Origin: a candidate division WOR-3 bacterium
Lineage (GTDB): Bacteria; Hydrothermota; UBA3072; B12-G15
NCBI GenBank assembly: GCA_965649055.1
Contig: CBFGJG010000005.1
Location: forward strand, 25,726 to 72,704
DNA: 46,979 nucleotides
Direction: 5' to 3'
The translations under genes were made by a program, and so were the position numbers. A model generated the notes under the pieces. The model made no database searches, had not been told where the DNA came from, and was given only the letters and a program-made list of their open reading frames with translations. This document shows, one piece after another, positions 38,941 through 46,979 of this stretch. The stretch's first letter is position 1, and every line of letters begins with the position of its first letter.

Positions 38941-40977
38941 TCAGGCAGTATCAATTAATTCTCCTTTTTTGAATATCCTGTTTAACCATTCACATGTTTC
39001 TATTTCTTTTTTATCTGTTATAATTTTTTCTGCGATTCTTTTTGAAGGCTCAATTAGCTCTTTATCTTTAAATATATTGAATATAAGAAAATCTGAAAAT
39101 CCATGTTGCTTTGTTCCAAAAAATTCACCTGGTCCTCTTATCTTAAGGTCTATTTCTGAGAGTTCAAATCCATCCATTGTTTTTTCTATTGCTTCCAATC
39201 GTTTTTTCGCATCATCTGTTACATTTTCATCTGTGATAAGAATAAAATAAGATTTGCTTCCCTTTCTTCCTATTCTTCCCCTTAATTGATGAAGCTGTGA
39301 AAGACCAAACCTATCAGCATGCTCAACAACCATTATATTTGCATGAGGTATATCTACACCAACTTCAACAACTGTTGTTGAAATCAATGCCATAATCTTC
39401 CTTTCCTTGAAATCTTGCATAACCTTCTCTTTTTCTTCCGGGTTCATACTACCATAAATCATTCCAATATTCACATCTTTAAAGTATGAATTTTTTAACT
39501 CATCAAACATCTTTTTTACTGCTTTAAGTTTTATATTTTCACTCTCTTCAATCAATGGTAGGATTATGAATGCACCGTTTCCTTCTTTTATCTTCTCTTT
39601 TACAAAATTATATACCTTATCCCTCTTCTCTTCTTTAGTCCATTTTGTTAAAGTATTTCTTTTAAATGGGAGTTCATCAATAACAGAAATATCAAGGTCA
39701 CCATAAACAGATATTGCCAGTGTTCTTGGAATGGGTGTTGCGGTCAGAAAAAGGGCATGTGGCGCTTCGCCTTTCTCCATCAGTTTCTTCCTCTGCAATA
39801 CTCCAAACCTGTGATGTTCATCCATTATTACAAGACCTAATTTGGGGATAAAAATATCTTCCTGTATCAAAGAATGTGTCCCGACCAATATTGACGGCTT
39901 ATTAGTTATAACACTCATAATTTCCTGTTTTTCTTTCTTTTTAACTGAACCTGATAAGAAAAAAACATCTATTTCTTGCCCTTTTAACAATTCTTTGAAA
40001 ACGGTCCAGTGCTGGAAAGCCAAAATCTCTGTAGGTGCCATAATAGCAACATTGTATCCATTACCTATAACTATAAGGGATGCAACTAATCCAACAATCG
40101 TCTTACCAGAACCCACATCCCCTTGCAGTAATCTTTGCATAGGAGTTGGCTTTTTCAGGTCATTTTCTATCTCCTGTATAACTTTTATTTGGGATTTTGT
40201 AAGTTTATAAGGAAGTGATTTTAGGAATTTTTCCTTTATCTCAACTTCTACATTCATTTCTATCCCTTTCTTTTTCATATATCCTTTTCTCATAGAACCA
40301 AGGTAAAGCTGAATATGCAGGATTTCATCAAACGCAATTCTTTTAACAGATTTTCTAAGCAATTCCTGGTTTTCAGGAAAATGAATGTTCTTCAAGGCTT
40401 CCTTTAGATTCATATGATTTTTAAGGTAATCTTCCAGTGGATCTTCTATAAATTTGAGAAAATCATTCAAAGCTGAATATATAATTTTTCTCATTGTTTT
40501 CTGACTCATCAGGGAAGATAATCTGTAATATGGGACAATCCTTCCTGTATGTATTGCATCATAATCTTCTTCGTCAATTCTTTCATATTCAGGATTCAGA
40601 ATCTGTAAACCATTATAAAAAGATACAGGGCCACTTATAGAGATAACATCGCCTGTATTAAAATATTTTGTTACCCAATCCTGATTGAACCATTTTAATG
40701 TTATAAATCCGGTCCCATCTGAGAGCAAAACATTACCTATCTTTTTTCTTCCCTTACTTATATAAACATCTTTTACTCTTCCTATCAAAGTTACATATTC
40801 ACCAATCCTAATTTCTTCTATCTTTTTTATTGAACTCCTGTCGATATACTTATATGGTAGATAATATAGTAATTCAAGAATATTGTTAATACCTAATTTA
40901 TTTAGTGTCCTGGAAAGATTAAGCCCCACCCCTTCAATCTTCATCAAAGAGGCAGGGCTTATGATTTCGTTGAGCAA
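38941..40977 (-). CDS. recG: ATP-dependent DNA helicase RecG
   Basis: OB wedge domain, LLQGDVGSGKT, MAPTEILA.QH, DEHHRFGV.QR, TATPIPRTL, QLHQLRGRIGR, DL.IRGPGE. Confidence 0.96.
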   Translation of the reverse strand: MLNEIISPASLMKIEGVGLNLSRTLNKLGINNILELLYYLPYKYIDRSSIKKIEEIRIGEYVTLIGRVKDVYISKGRKKIGNVLLSDGTGFITLKWFNQDWVTKYFNTGDVISISGPVSFYNGLQILNPEYERIDEEDYDAIHTGRIVPYYRLSSLMSQKTMRKIIYSALNDFLKFIEDPLEDYLKNHMNLKEALKNIHFPENQELLRKSVKRIAFDEILHIQLYLGSMRKGYMKKKGIEMNVEVEIKEKFLKSLPYKLTKSQIKVIQEIENDLKKPTPMQRLLQGDVGSGKTIVGLVASLIVIGNGYNVAIMAPTEILAFQHWTVFKELLKGQEIDVFFLSGSVKKKEKQEIMSVITNKPSILVGTHSLIQEDIFIPKLGLVIMDEHHRFGVLQRKKLMEKGEAPHALFLTATPIPRTLAISVYGDLDISVIDELPFKRNTLTKWTKEEKRDKVYNFVKEKIKEGNGAFIILPLIEESENIKLKAVKKMFDELKNSYFKDVNIGMIYGSMNPEEKEKVMQDFKERKIMALISTTVVEVGVDIPHANIMVVEHADRFGLSQLHQLRGRIGRKGSKSYFILITDENVTDDAKKRLEAIEKTMDGFELSEIDLKIRGPGEFFGTKQHGFSDFLIFNIFKDKELIEPSKRIAEKIITDKKEIETCEWLNRIFKKGELIDTA

Positions 40978-40981
40978 TTTT

Positions 40982-41596
40982 TTACTTATTTATTCTCCAG
41001 CGGAATGGCATAGAGACCCATACATCTACAGGAATATCTCTCTGCATCGCTGGTGTAAACTTCAAGTTTTTATAAGCTTCTATTGCTATTGAATCAAGTG
41101 GTGGATAAAGGCTTTTTACAAGGATTACTTTCCTAACATCACCTTTTTTATCAACCCACATCTTAAGCCATACATCACCTTCAATCCTTAATTTTAATGC
41201 AATTTCCGGATAAGTAACACTTCTTTGAATCTGTTCAAGATTTATGGGTTGTGGTGCTTTATCGTAGGCAACAAAATCAGGTGGTGGTAGGTCAACCTCT
41301 GTCTCTTTTTCAAATCCTGTAAAATCTGTTTTTTCAATTGTCTGTTCCTGAACCTCTTCATCAGTCTGTGCGGCAACAGGAAGTTTCGGTTTCGGTGGCG
41401 GTGGTGGTTCTGCAATGTTTTTAAGTTGTGGTGGAAGTTTCTCCACCTTAACATCTATCTTAAAATCACTTTCATAGGGTTTTACTTCTGTCTTGGGTAT
41501 TATCACAAATGCTATTATCCATCCTACAAGAACAATAAGTAGTGCTATTCTAAGATGTATGGGATAATCTTCTTTCAAATCAACTTTTTTCTCCAT
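40982..41596 (-). CDS. tonB: Energy transducer TonB
   Basis: Single N-terminal TM, Pro-rich linker (PPPPPKPKLP), TonB_C domain (YPEIA....IEG.V...VD..G.V...FTPAMQ...PV). Confidence 0.9.
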   Translation of the reverse strand: MEKKVDLKEDYPIHLRIALLIVLVGWIIAFVIIPKTEVKPYESDFKIDVKVEKLPPQLKNIAEPPPPPKPKLPVAAQTDEEVQEQTIEKTDFTGFEKETEVDLPPPDFVAYDKAPQPINLEQIQRSVTYPEIALKLRIEGDVWLKMWVDKKGDVRKVILVKSLYPPLDSIAIEAYKNLKFTPAMQRDIPVDVWVSMPFRWRINK

Positions 41597-41598
41597 AA

Positions 41599-42006
41599 CT
41601 ACCCCCTTTTCTTTAACGTTGCAAGGGAGATTTTTAATAGTCCTGCTTCAACAAGCTGATTAAAAACCTTCTCAACATCTGTATATTTAGTGCTTTTATC
41701 ACATTGAATGGAAATAATGATATCCGGATTTATCTGTTTTTTCTTCATCATAATCTGTGAAATTTTTGGTAATGGTATTAGGACATCATCTATTGAAACA
41801 ATACCTTCCTCACTTATCCATATACGAGAAAGGTTTTTTGTTGGTATCTTCTTTGCAGCTTCAGCCTCTGGCAGAATTATTTTTAAGCCTGTATCCTGTC
41901 TGAAGGTTGTCGTTACCATAAAGAAGATTATTAAAAGGAACGCTATATCAGCTGTTGATGCAGTTGGTATGGTAGCCTTTTCTTCTTCTCTGAATTTTAT
42001 CTTCAT
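41599..42006 (-). CDS. exbD: ExbD/TolR family protein (second copy)
   Basis: STADIAFLLIIFFMVTT with the essential Asp; periplasmic domain ..CDK..KY. Confidence 0.92.
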   Translation of the reverse strand: MKIKFREEEKATIPTASTADIAFLLIIFFMVTTTFRQDTGLKIILPEAEAAKKIPTKNLSRIWISEEGIVSIDDVLIPLPKISQIMMKKKQINPDIIISIQCDKSTKYTDVEKVFNQLVEAGLLKISLATLKKRG

Positions 42007-42015
42007 AGTTCACCT

Positions 42016-42417
42016 CTATTCATTTGGGACAAGGCTTATTCTTTCAGCATTGGCAAGCCTCAATTTATCGAAGACATCTATCATAAATTCATATTTCGCA
42101 TCAGGTTCTGTTTTAAGGGAAAATATTATCTCAGGATTTTGTCTCAATAAGCTCTTCGCAATACTTGTAACATCACTTAAAGCAACAGGTTCACCATTTA
42201 TCCTGACATTTCCATCTTTCGTAACAAGAACCTTCGCAATGTTTTCGGATTTCACCTTGACCTGTTCTCCTTTTTCTGGAAGAATAATCTGTAGCCCCAT
42301 CTCATTTGAAAAAACAGTGGAAACCATAAAGAAGATTATAAGAAGAAAGGCAATATCTCCCATTGAGGCAGTTGGTATCTCTGCTGATTGCACAATCTTC
42401 TTATGAATTGGTTTCAT
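42016..42417 (-). CDS. exbD: ExbD/TolR family protein (first copy)
   Basis: SMGDIAFLLIIFFMVST with the essential Asp. Confidence 0.92.
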   Translation of the reverse strand: MKPIHKKIVQSAEIPTASMGDIAFLLIIFFMVSTVFSNEMGLQIILPEKGEQVKVKSENIAKVLVTKDGNVRINGEPVALSDVTSIAKSLLRQNPEIIFSLKTEPDAKYEFMIDVFDKLRLANAERISLVPNE

Positions 42418-43035
42418 TTATTCCTCCATTATCTTTTCAATGATCAAGGACGATGCTTCCTCCATTGACCTTGCATATGCATTCACCCTTGAAGAGAAAT
42501 AAGTATGGAATAATGCATTTGGAATTGCAACAATGAGACCAAACTCTGTTGTGATTAGAGCTTCTGATATACCTGCTGCAACTAATGTTGGTTCTACAGT
42601 TCCGGCAAGTGCTATTGCATTGAATGCCCTGATCATACCTGCAACGGTTCCAAGGAAGCCTAACATCGGTGCAAGGGTTGTAGCAGCAGAGATAAATGGT
42701 AAACCTCTATCAAGGAATGCAAGTTCTTCAGTTGCAACTGTCGTAAGCTCTTCTTCAAGAACTGCTTTATCTTTTATTTTCTTTGATTTTTCAAGGACTG
42801 CTTCAAGTATCCTTGCTATTGGTGTCCTTTGTGATTTGCAATATTTTATTGCAGAATCAACACCACCCTTCTTCATCCTTGATACAACCTGTTCAGTAAA
42901 CTTCTTTGGGTCTGCACCTGCCCTTGTAAATGTTATTATTCTCTCAATAATAAAGGTTAGACCAAGAAGTGCCATAAATAAAATTCCATGCATAACGGGA
43001 CCGCCGTTCATATACCATTCAATCAAACCACTCAT
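42418..43035 (-). CDS. exbB: MotA/TolQ/ExbB proton channel protein
   Basis: GGPVM, APMLGFLGTV.GMI.AF, GISEALITT..GL.VAIP; AGGAGG SD at 43040-43045. Confidence 0.93.
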   Translation of the reverse strand: MSGLIEWYMNGGPVMHGILFMALLGLTFIIERIITFTRAGADPKKFTEQVVSRMKKGGVDSAIKYCKSQRTPIARILEAVLEKSKKIKDKAVLEEELTTVATEELAFLDRGLPFISAATTLAPMLGFLGTVAGMIRAFNAIALAGTVEPTLVAAGISEALITTEFGLIVAIPNALFHTYFSSRVNAYARSMEEASSLIIEKIMEE

Positions 43036-43068
43036 AATACCTCCTTTTAGATTTTTGTTTTATTTTTT

Positions 43069-43419
43069 CTAACGGCTTATCCATCTAAAATAAACTCCAC
43101 TTCCAACTAAAGAAATAAAACCTGCAGCAAGAATAATCCACGATTCCACAGATGTGAATTTAAGCATCTGTAGCAATAAAGGGAACAAATCCTCAGGGTC
43201 AACATGTGATAGCAGCCTACCAAAATATGTAATCCTATAAAAATGGATGAAAGTTCCAAAGAGAAGAACTATTCCAGAAAGAACAAACATAATCCAGATA
43301 CCTTTTTTCTCTATGAGAACAAGTAATCTCTTTATTATTATTGCATAAATGAAAAGTGAGATAGTAAGCAGGAACATACCTATTGCAAATAGAAATTCAA
43401 GCGGTAGATTTATCCTCAT
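43069..43419 (-). CDS. Hypothetical 3-TM membrane protein (paralog of the 43416-43793 gene)
   Basis: ATGA coupling to the upstream gene; GGAGG SD; three hydrophobic segments. Confidence 0.8.
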   Translation of the reverse strand: MRINLPLEFLFAIGMFLLTISLFIYAIIIKRLLVLIEKKGIWIMFVLSGIVLLFGTFIHFYRITYFGRLLSHVDPEDLFPLLLQMLKFTSVESWIILAAGFISLVGSGVYFRWISR

Positions 43420-43793
43420 TGAGAACCTCCTTTTTTCTTCGGGGAGATCACCCTTCTAAAATTTAGGGCACCTATGAATGAGAATACGCAGGAAATCAAG
43501 AATAGTCCATAACCAATAGTGGATTCAATTGCTCCCATCTTTAATTTACCGAGAATAACATTTGAATAGAACATAACAATAGCGAACACAAGAATTCCAG
43601 AAGGTGAAGCAATTATGAATTGCCAGCCTGTTTTTTTCCTTAGGACAACTTCATATCTTTTTGCAACAATACCAAAGATTAAGAAAGTGAGCCAAAGTAG
43701 AACAGCAGCAATAATCATAATATTACTACTTAAAAAACCTATACTTGTTATTTCTTTAGGGAAGGCACTCTTTGAAATAGTTTGGAAAAACAT
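43416..43793 (-). CDS. Hypothetical 3-TM membrane protein
   Basis: ATG directly after the upstream TAA, with GGAGG SD; three hydrophobic segments. Confidence 0.8.
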   Translation of the reverse strand: MFFQTISKSAFPKEITSIGFLSSNIMIIAAVLLWLTFLIFGIVAKRYEVVLRKKTGWQFIIASPSGILVFAIVMFYSNVILGKLKMGAIESTIGYGLFLISCVFSFIGALNFRRVISPKKKGGSQ

Positions 43794-44450
43794 TTATACC
43801 TCCTTTAATTGTTTTAAAATGTCATCTTTCATATTTCCCGCTTTAGTAGGTCCAACAATCATCTTGGCCGACTTTTCAAGTTCATTTACAAGTTCCATCA
43901 GCTTATCTTTATTCAGATTATCTTTATTTATATTTAAATCATTTAAAATATTATCAAATATTTCTGAAGCAAAATCTCCAAGTGTGTCAGTTGATATATC
44001 ACGAATTTTATCAAGAATATCCGGTGATAAAACAATCTTTTCTTCTTTGGTTTCGAGTTTTTCTTCTATCTTTTTTTCTTCTTTCTCTATCTTTTTGGGT
44101 TCTTCAATTTTAACTTCTGGTTTTTTCTTTGGGAATAATTCTTCAAATATCTCCTCTTCTTTTGTGTGATAAATCCTCAAAATATCTTCCTTATCTTTTT
44201 CATTAGGAAGAACAAAACCAAATATCTCTTTCCCTTTCAGAATTATCAAAATGTACTCATTTTCACCCTTTATTGTTATTTCCCTTATAGGAACTTCTTT
44301 AAGAGATTCAATTGCCTGGGTTAGAACTATTGAAATACTCTCAAGAATTTCATCCGAATTCTGTGCCTCACCAAACAAAAGTTTTTTTCTTCCCACATAA
44401 AAAACTATCCTTGAACCTGTTTCATTCATTAAATTTTCAATTGCGCTCAT
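43794..44450 (-). CDS. Hypothetical protein: roadblock/LC7-like N-domain, K/E-rich linker, helical C-domain
   Basis: The first ~95 aa show the helix-b-b-helix-b-b-b-helix pattern (IREITIKGENEYILIILKGKEIFGFVL). ATGA coupling. Fold call is by eye. Confidence 0.65.
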   Translation of the reverse strand: MSAIENLMNETGSRIVFYVGRKKLLFGEAQNSDEILESISIVLTQAIESLKEVPIREITIKGENEYILIILKGKEIFGFVLPNEKDKEDILRIYHTKEEEIFEELFPKKKPEVKIEEPKKIEKEEKKIEEKLETKEEKIVLSPDILDKIRDISTDTLGDFASEIFDNILNDLNINKDNLNKDKLMELVNELEKSAKMIVGPTKAGNMKDDILKQLKEV

Positions 44451-45115
44451 TTTTTCTCTTTGCTTAATTTTTCAATTACATTATGAACCCTGTTTTTTGC
44501 CTCGTCATTCCCGAATTCTTTGATCGCTTCTTTCACAAGAAAATCGAGGAGCATCTTCATAAATTTATCAACGATTTCTTTATCGAGGTCTTTTGCGCCT
44601 TTTACTACGAGTTCCATTCCTTCTACTTTAAGAAGTTTTTCAAACCTCTTTTCCTGGTCAAGCATCTCTATCGCTTTCGAGAGCAAATTCTTCCATTTTT
44701 CAGGGTCTGAACCTATTGAAAACTCCTCAATCAGAAGTGTGAGTTGCCTTGCCTTTGTATTTAGAACCTTAAGGACCTTTGGGTCACCTGTAAGGTCTTC
44801 TTCTTTTATTATTTCTATTATCTTATTAATCGTGGTTTCATTGAATTCGTCCACCATTACCCCGAGAAAATTTTCATCTGGTTTAAGTATTATATATTTA
44901 TCTCTTCCCTCAACCTGGATAGAAAGAACATTCTGGATATTAAATTTTCTTGCGATTATCTCGCTTGCTGAACCGATGTATGCTATGAGTTCATCCATAT
45001 AACCAGGTGTTATACCTCCATTTGATATAATGGAACCATCATTTGAATTCACATATGTATAACCTGAAATATTTTCAATTGCAAGTAAACCTTTTAATTT
45101 CTCACTTTGTATCAT
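44447..45115 (-). CDS. Roadblock/LC7 (MglB-like) domain protein with a C-terminal helical domain
   Basis: LKGLLAIENISGYTYVNSNDGSII...IAYIGSASEIIA...VLSIQVEG...FLGVMV resembles a roadblock domain; 14-bp overlap with the upstream gene. Confidence 0.7.
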   Translation of the reverse strand: MIQSEKLKGLLAIENISGYTYVNSNDGSIISNGGITPGYMDELIAYIGSASEIIARKFNIQNVLSIQVEGRDKYIILKPDENFLGVMVDEFNETTINKIIEIIKEEDLTGDPKVLKVLNTKARQLTLLIEEFSIGSDPEKWKNLLSKAIEMLDQEKRFEKLLKVEGMELVVKGAKDLDKEIVDKFMKMLLDFLVKEAIKEFGNDEAKNRVHNVIEKLSKEKK

Positions 45116-45929
45116 CTATCATCTTCCATTTTTTGTTCACAATTATTTTACCAAGAATCTCTTCTGCCTTTTTCTTAAGATTATTGAGTATTTCTTCAAA
45201 CCAAGCCTCAAGTTTATCTGTTCCCACAGGTATATCTTGTTTCAAGATTACAATTTTATTATCTTTAACCTCTGCAAAACCTTCAAAATTTTCTTTCTTT
45301 AAGCTCTCATCAATGATTTCCTTCCAGATCTTTTCTCCTGAATAAAGTTCAAAGAATTTATTGATTTTCCCGGTCCATTTCTTAATGATTCTTTCCCTTG
45401 CCTTGGGATCAAAAATCAAACCCTCATCAAATAAATATTTCAAAGCACGCATTGTTGTTCCTTTTTCGAGCCCACTTGATTCTATTATTTCATAAAGATT
45501 TTTCTTCCCATCAACGGTAATAAATATTTTCCAGTGTATTTTATTCATTTCAATCTTTGATTTCCCTTCGGTCTTTGAAGACTTTAAAGGGACAGTTTCA
45601 AGTGGTGGTAAATTTTTCTTAACTTCTTCTATCTCTGTTCTTCTTCTTTCTATCTCTTCAAAAAGGTTTGAAAGCTGTTCATTTATTGTAATAAGATCCG
45701 GTTTTTCATCTATAATAAATTTAAAAACACCATGTTCTTTCAAGACAATATTAAAAAGAGCCTCCTGTCCACTCAATTCGTTATCTTGTGCATGAACTAT
45801 ATTTCCATCCTGAAAGAATATAGAAGAATTAGATATTGTAAGTTTACCACTTTTCTTAAACCTTGATAAGAAATACAAAATCTCATCAATTTTAAAATAT
45901 TTTAATTCACCAGTAAGTGCTTCAGGCAT
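45102..45929 (-). CDS. DUF4388 (PatA-N-like) domain protein with winged-HTH and C-terminal helical domain
   Basis: LTGELKYFKIDEIL.FL...KKSG.L.I....IFF.DG.IVHA.....G.EAL......G.F.F; then WKIF..VDG.KNL.EI....GL......AL..L...GLI. Confidence 0.85.
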   Translation of the reverse strand: MPEALTGELKYFKIDEILYFLSRFKKSGKLTISNSSIFFQDGNIVHAQDNELSGQEALFNIVLKEHGVFKFIIDEKPDLITINEQLSNLFEEIERRRTEIEEVKKNLPPLETVPLKSSKTEGKSKIEMNKIHWKIFITVDGKKNLYEIIESSGLEKGTTMRALKYLFDEGLIFDPKARERIIKKWTGKINKFFELYSGEKIWKEIIDESLKKENFEGFAEVKDNKIVILKQDIPVGTDKLEAWFEEILNNLKKKAEEILGKIIVNKKWKMIDDTK

Positions 45930-45938
45930 ATTAAGATT

Positions 45939-45966
45939 ATTTTATAGAAAAGTGTAAAGTTGTCAA
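45939..45966 (-). promoter_or_regulatory. Putative sigma70 promoter of the DUF4388...tonB-recG operon
   Basis: Minus strand TTGACA-16 bp-TAAAAT, 9 nt before ATG 45929; no SD. Confidence 0.65.
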
Positions 45967-45973
45967 GTTAAAT

Positions 45974-46978
45974 TTAAATTTTTAATCTTAAAATTTCTTT
46001 TATTATTTTCTTTATATTTTCTATGTATAACTCTGCTCTGTAATTCTTCAAAAATGCATTTTTTTCTTCATATCCTATTTTTAATCTCTTTTTTTTATCA
46101 TTTGAAAGAATCCCTATCCATTCAACAACTTTCTCGATCTCTCCAAAATTCACAATAATACCTGTCCCTTTTAATACTTCTCGAATCGCACCAATATCAT
46201 GTGTAACAATCGGAACTCCAAGCCCCATTGCCTCCATCAAGACCCTCCCAAATGGTTCTGGTTTAACGGGTAAATGGACTATAATATCCATTGAAGAAAT
46301 GTAATTGAGGTTATCTTTTTTAAAACCAAGAAATGAAACTTTTTCTTCAAGTTTATTATCTTTTATATATTCTTTCAGCATTTTTAGATATTCTTCTTCA
46401 CCAAAAAGGACATCACCAATAATATATCCCTTCGCATTTTTAACTTCTTTCATCACTTTAAGGAAATTCATCTGTCCTTTCCATTCCGCAATCTGTCCGA
46501 TATAACCTATTTTTGTTTTTCCCCCTTTTATTTTTTTTGTTAAATTATCTGGAATACTCAAACCATTATAAACAATAGAAATTTTTCTCTTTATAAAAAA
46601 CTGTTTTTTTACTTCATTTGAAATTGCAATTATTTTATCAGGAAAAACACTGAAAAGATTTACCAAAAATCTATTTTTCCCTTCAAGTATATCTCTAAAA
46701 TGCCATACCAGCCTGAGATTAAAAAAAATTTTTAAGAAGATACTTAAAATATGTGCTTTCTGGCTGTTTGTCCATAAGATATCCGGTTTTTCCTTTGAAA
46801 TTATTCCTTTTAATTCTCTTATTGCGCAAATTAATTCCCTAAGATAAAAAATAATATTTAGAATTTTATCTCTTTTTATTTTGAAAAAAGAATATTCATT
46901 TATAGAAAATACATTTATACCTTCTTTCTTTATTTCATCTTTAAGCTGTCCCTCTCCCGGAAGGATAACAGAAATTTT
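45974..46978 (-). CDS. Glycosyltransferase family 4 (GT-B), 5'-truncated by window edge
   Basis: The frame stays open upstream of the listed ORF (KPDILWTNSQKAH...VWHFRD); YNG, GQIAEWKGQ, PEPFGRVLMEAM..GVP. Confidence 0.9.
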   Translation of the reverse strand, partial: KISVILPGEGQLKDEIKKEGINVFSINEYSFFKIKRDKILNIIFYLRELICAIRELKGIISKEKPDILWTNSQKAHILSIFLKIFFNLRLVWHFRDILEGKNRFLVNLFSVFPDKIIAISNEVKKQFFIKRKISIVYNGLSIPDNLTKKIKGGKTKIGYIGQIAEWKGQMNFLKVMKEVKNAKGYIIGDVLFGEEEYLKMLKEYIKDNKLEEKVSFLGFKKDNLNYISSMDIIVHLPVKPEPFGRVLMEAMGLGVPIVTHDIGAIREVLKGTGIIVNFGEIEKVVEWIGILSNDKKKRLKIGYEEKNAFLKNYRAELYIENIKKIIKEILRLKI

Positions 46979-46979
46979 T

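Noticed and set aside
41900-42370. Near-repeat (ACCATAAAGAAGATTA...) as a repeat element
   Set aside because: It is the conserved TM segment DIAFLLIIFFMV of the two exbD paralogs.
41708-44169. Plus-strand ORFs 41708-42406, 42533-43072 and 43615-44169
   Set aside because: Antisense shadows of exbD, exbB and the hypothetical genes; the minus-strand genes have SDs, coupling and family motifs.
1-46979. CRISPR array, tRNA/rRNA, IS/transposase, integrase or prophage genes
   Set aside because: Intergenic gaps are all about 115 bp or shorter; I saw no regularly spaced repeats, cloverleaf-like sequence or mobile-element proteins. A tRNAscan/Infernal run would be the formal check.

Overview
AT-rich, gene-dense bacterial chromosomal window with about 46 CDS. 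I found no rRNA, tRNA, CRISPR array or mobile element. The organism is diderm (LolE/LolD, ExbB/ExbD/TonB) and probably FCB-related, e.g. WOR-3-like; that placement is inference. Mostly housekeeping: sufS-like, apbE, amrS, rapZ-hprK-hpf, nadB, murA, polX, clpC-mcsB-mcsA, lolD/E, lysS, glmS, purB, malic enzyme, wecB, dnaG-rpoD-rho-rpmE-purC, recG. Best candidate for an undescribed system: a tightly coupled minus-strand operon (45929->40982, continuing into recG). It encodes a DUF4388/wHTH protein, two roadblock-like proteins, two mutually paralogous 3-TM proteins and an ExbB-ExbD-ExbD-TonB motor; the three soluble proteins share a C-terminal helical motif. Other notable items: clpC interrupted by one in-frame TAA right after its N-domain; an adjacent McsB that has lost its catalytic residues; a GGDEF-STAND ATPase-TPR protein; and many operon-leading genes that appear leaderless, with sigma70-type promoters ending 5-9 nt before the ATG. 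All calls come from reading motifs by eye; no database searches were run.
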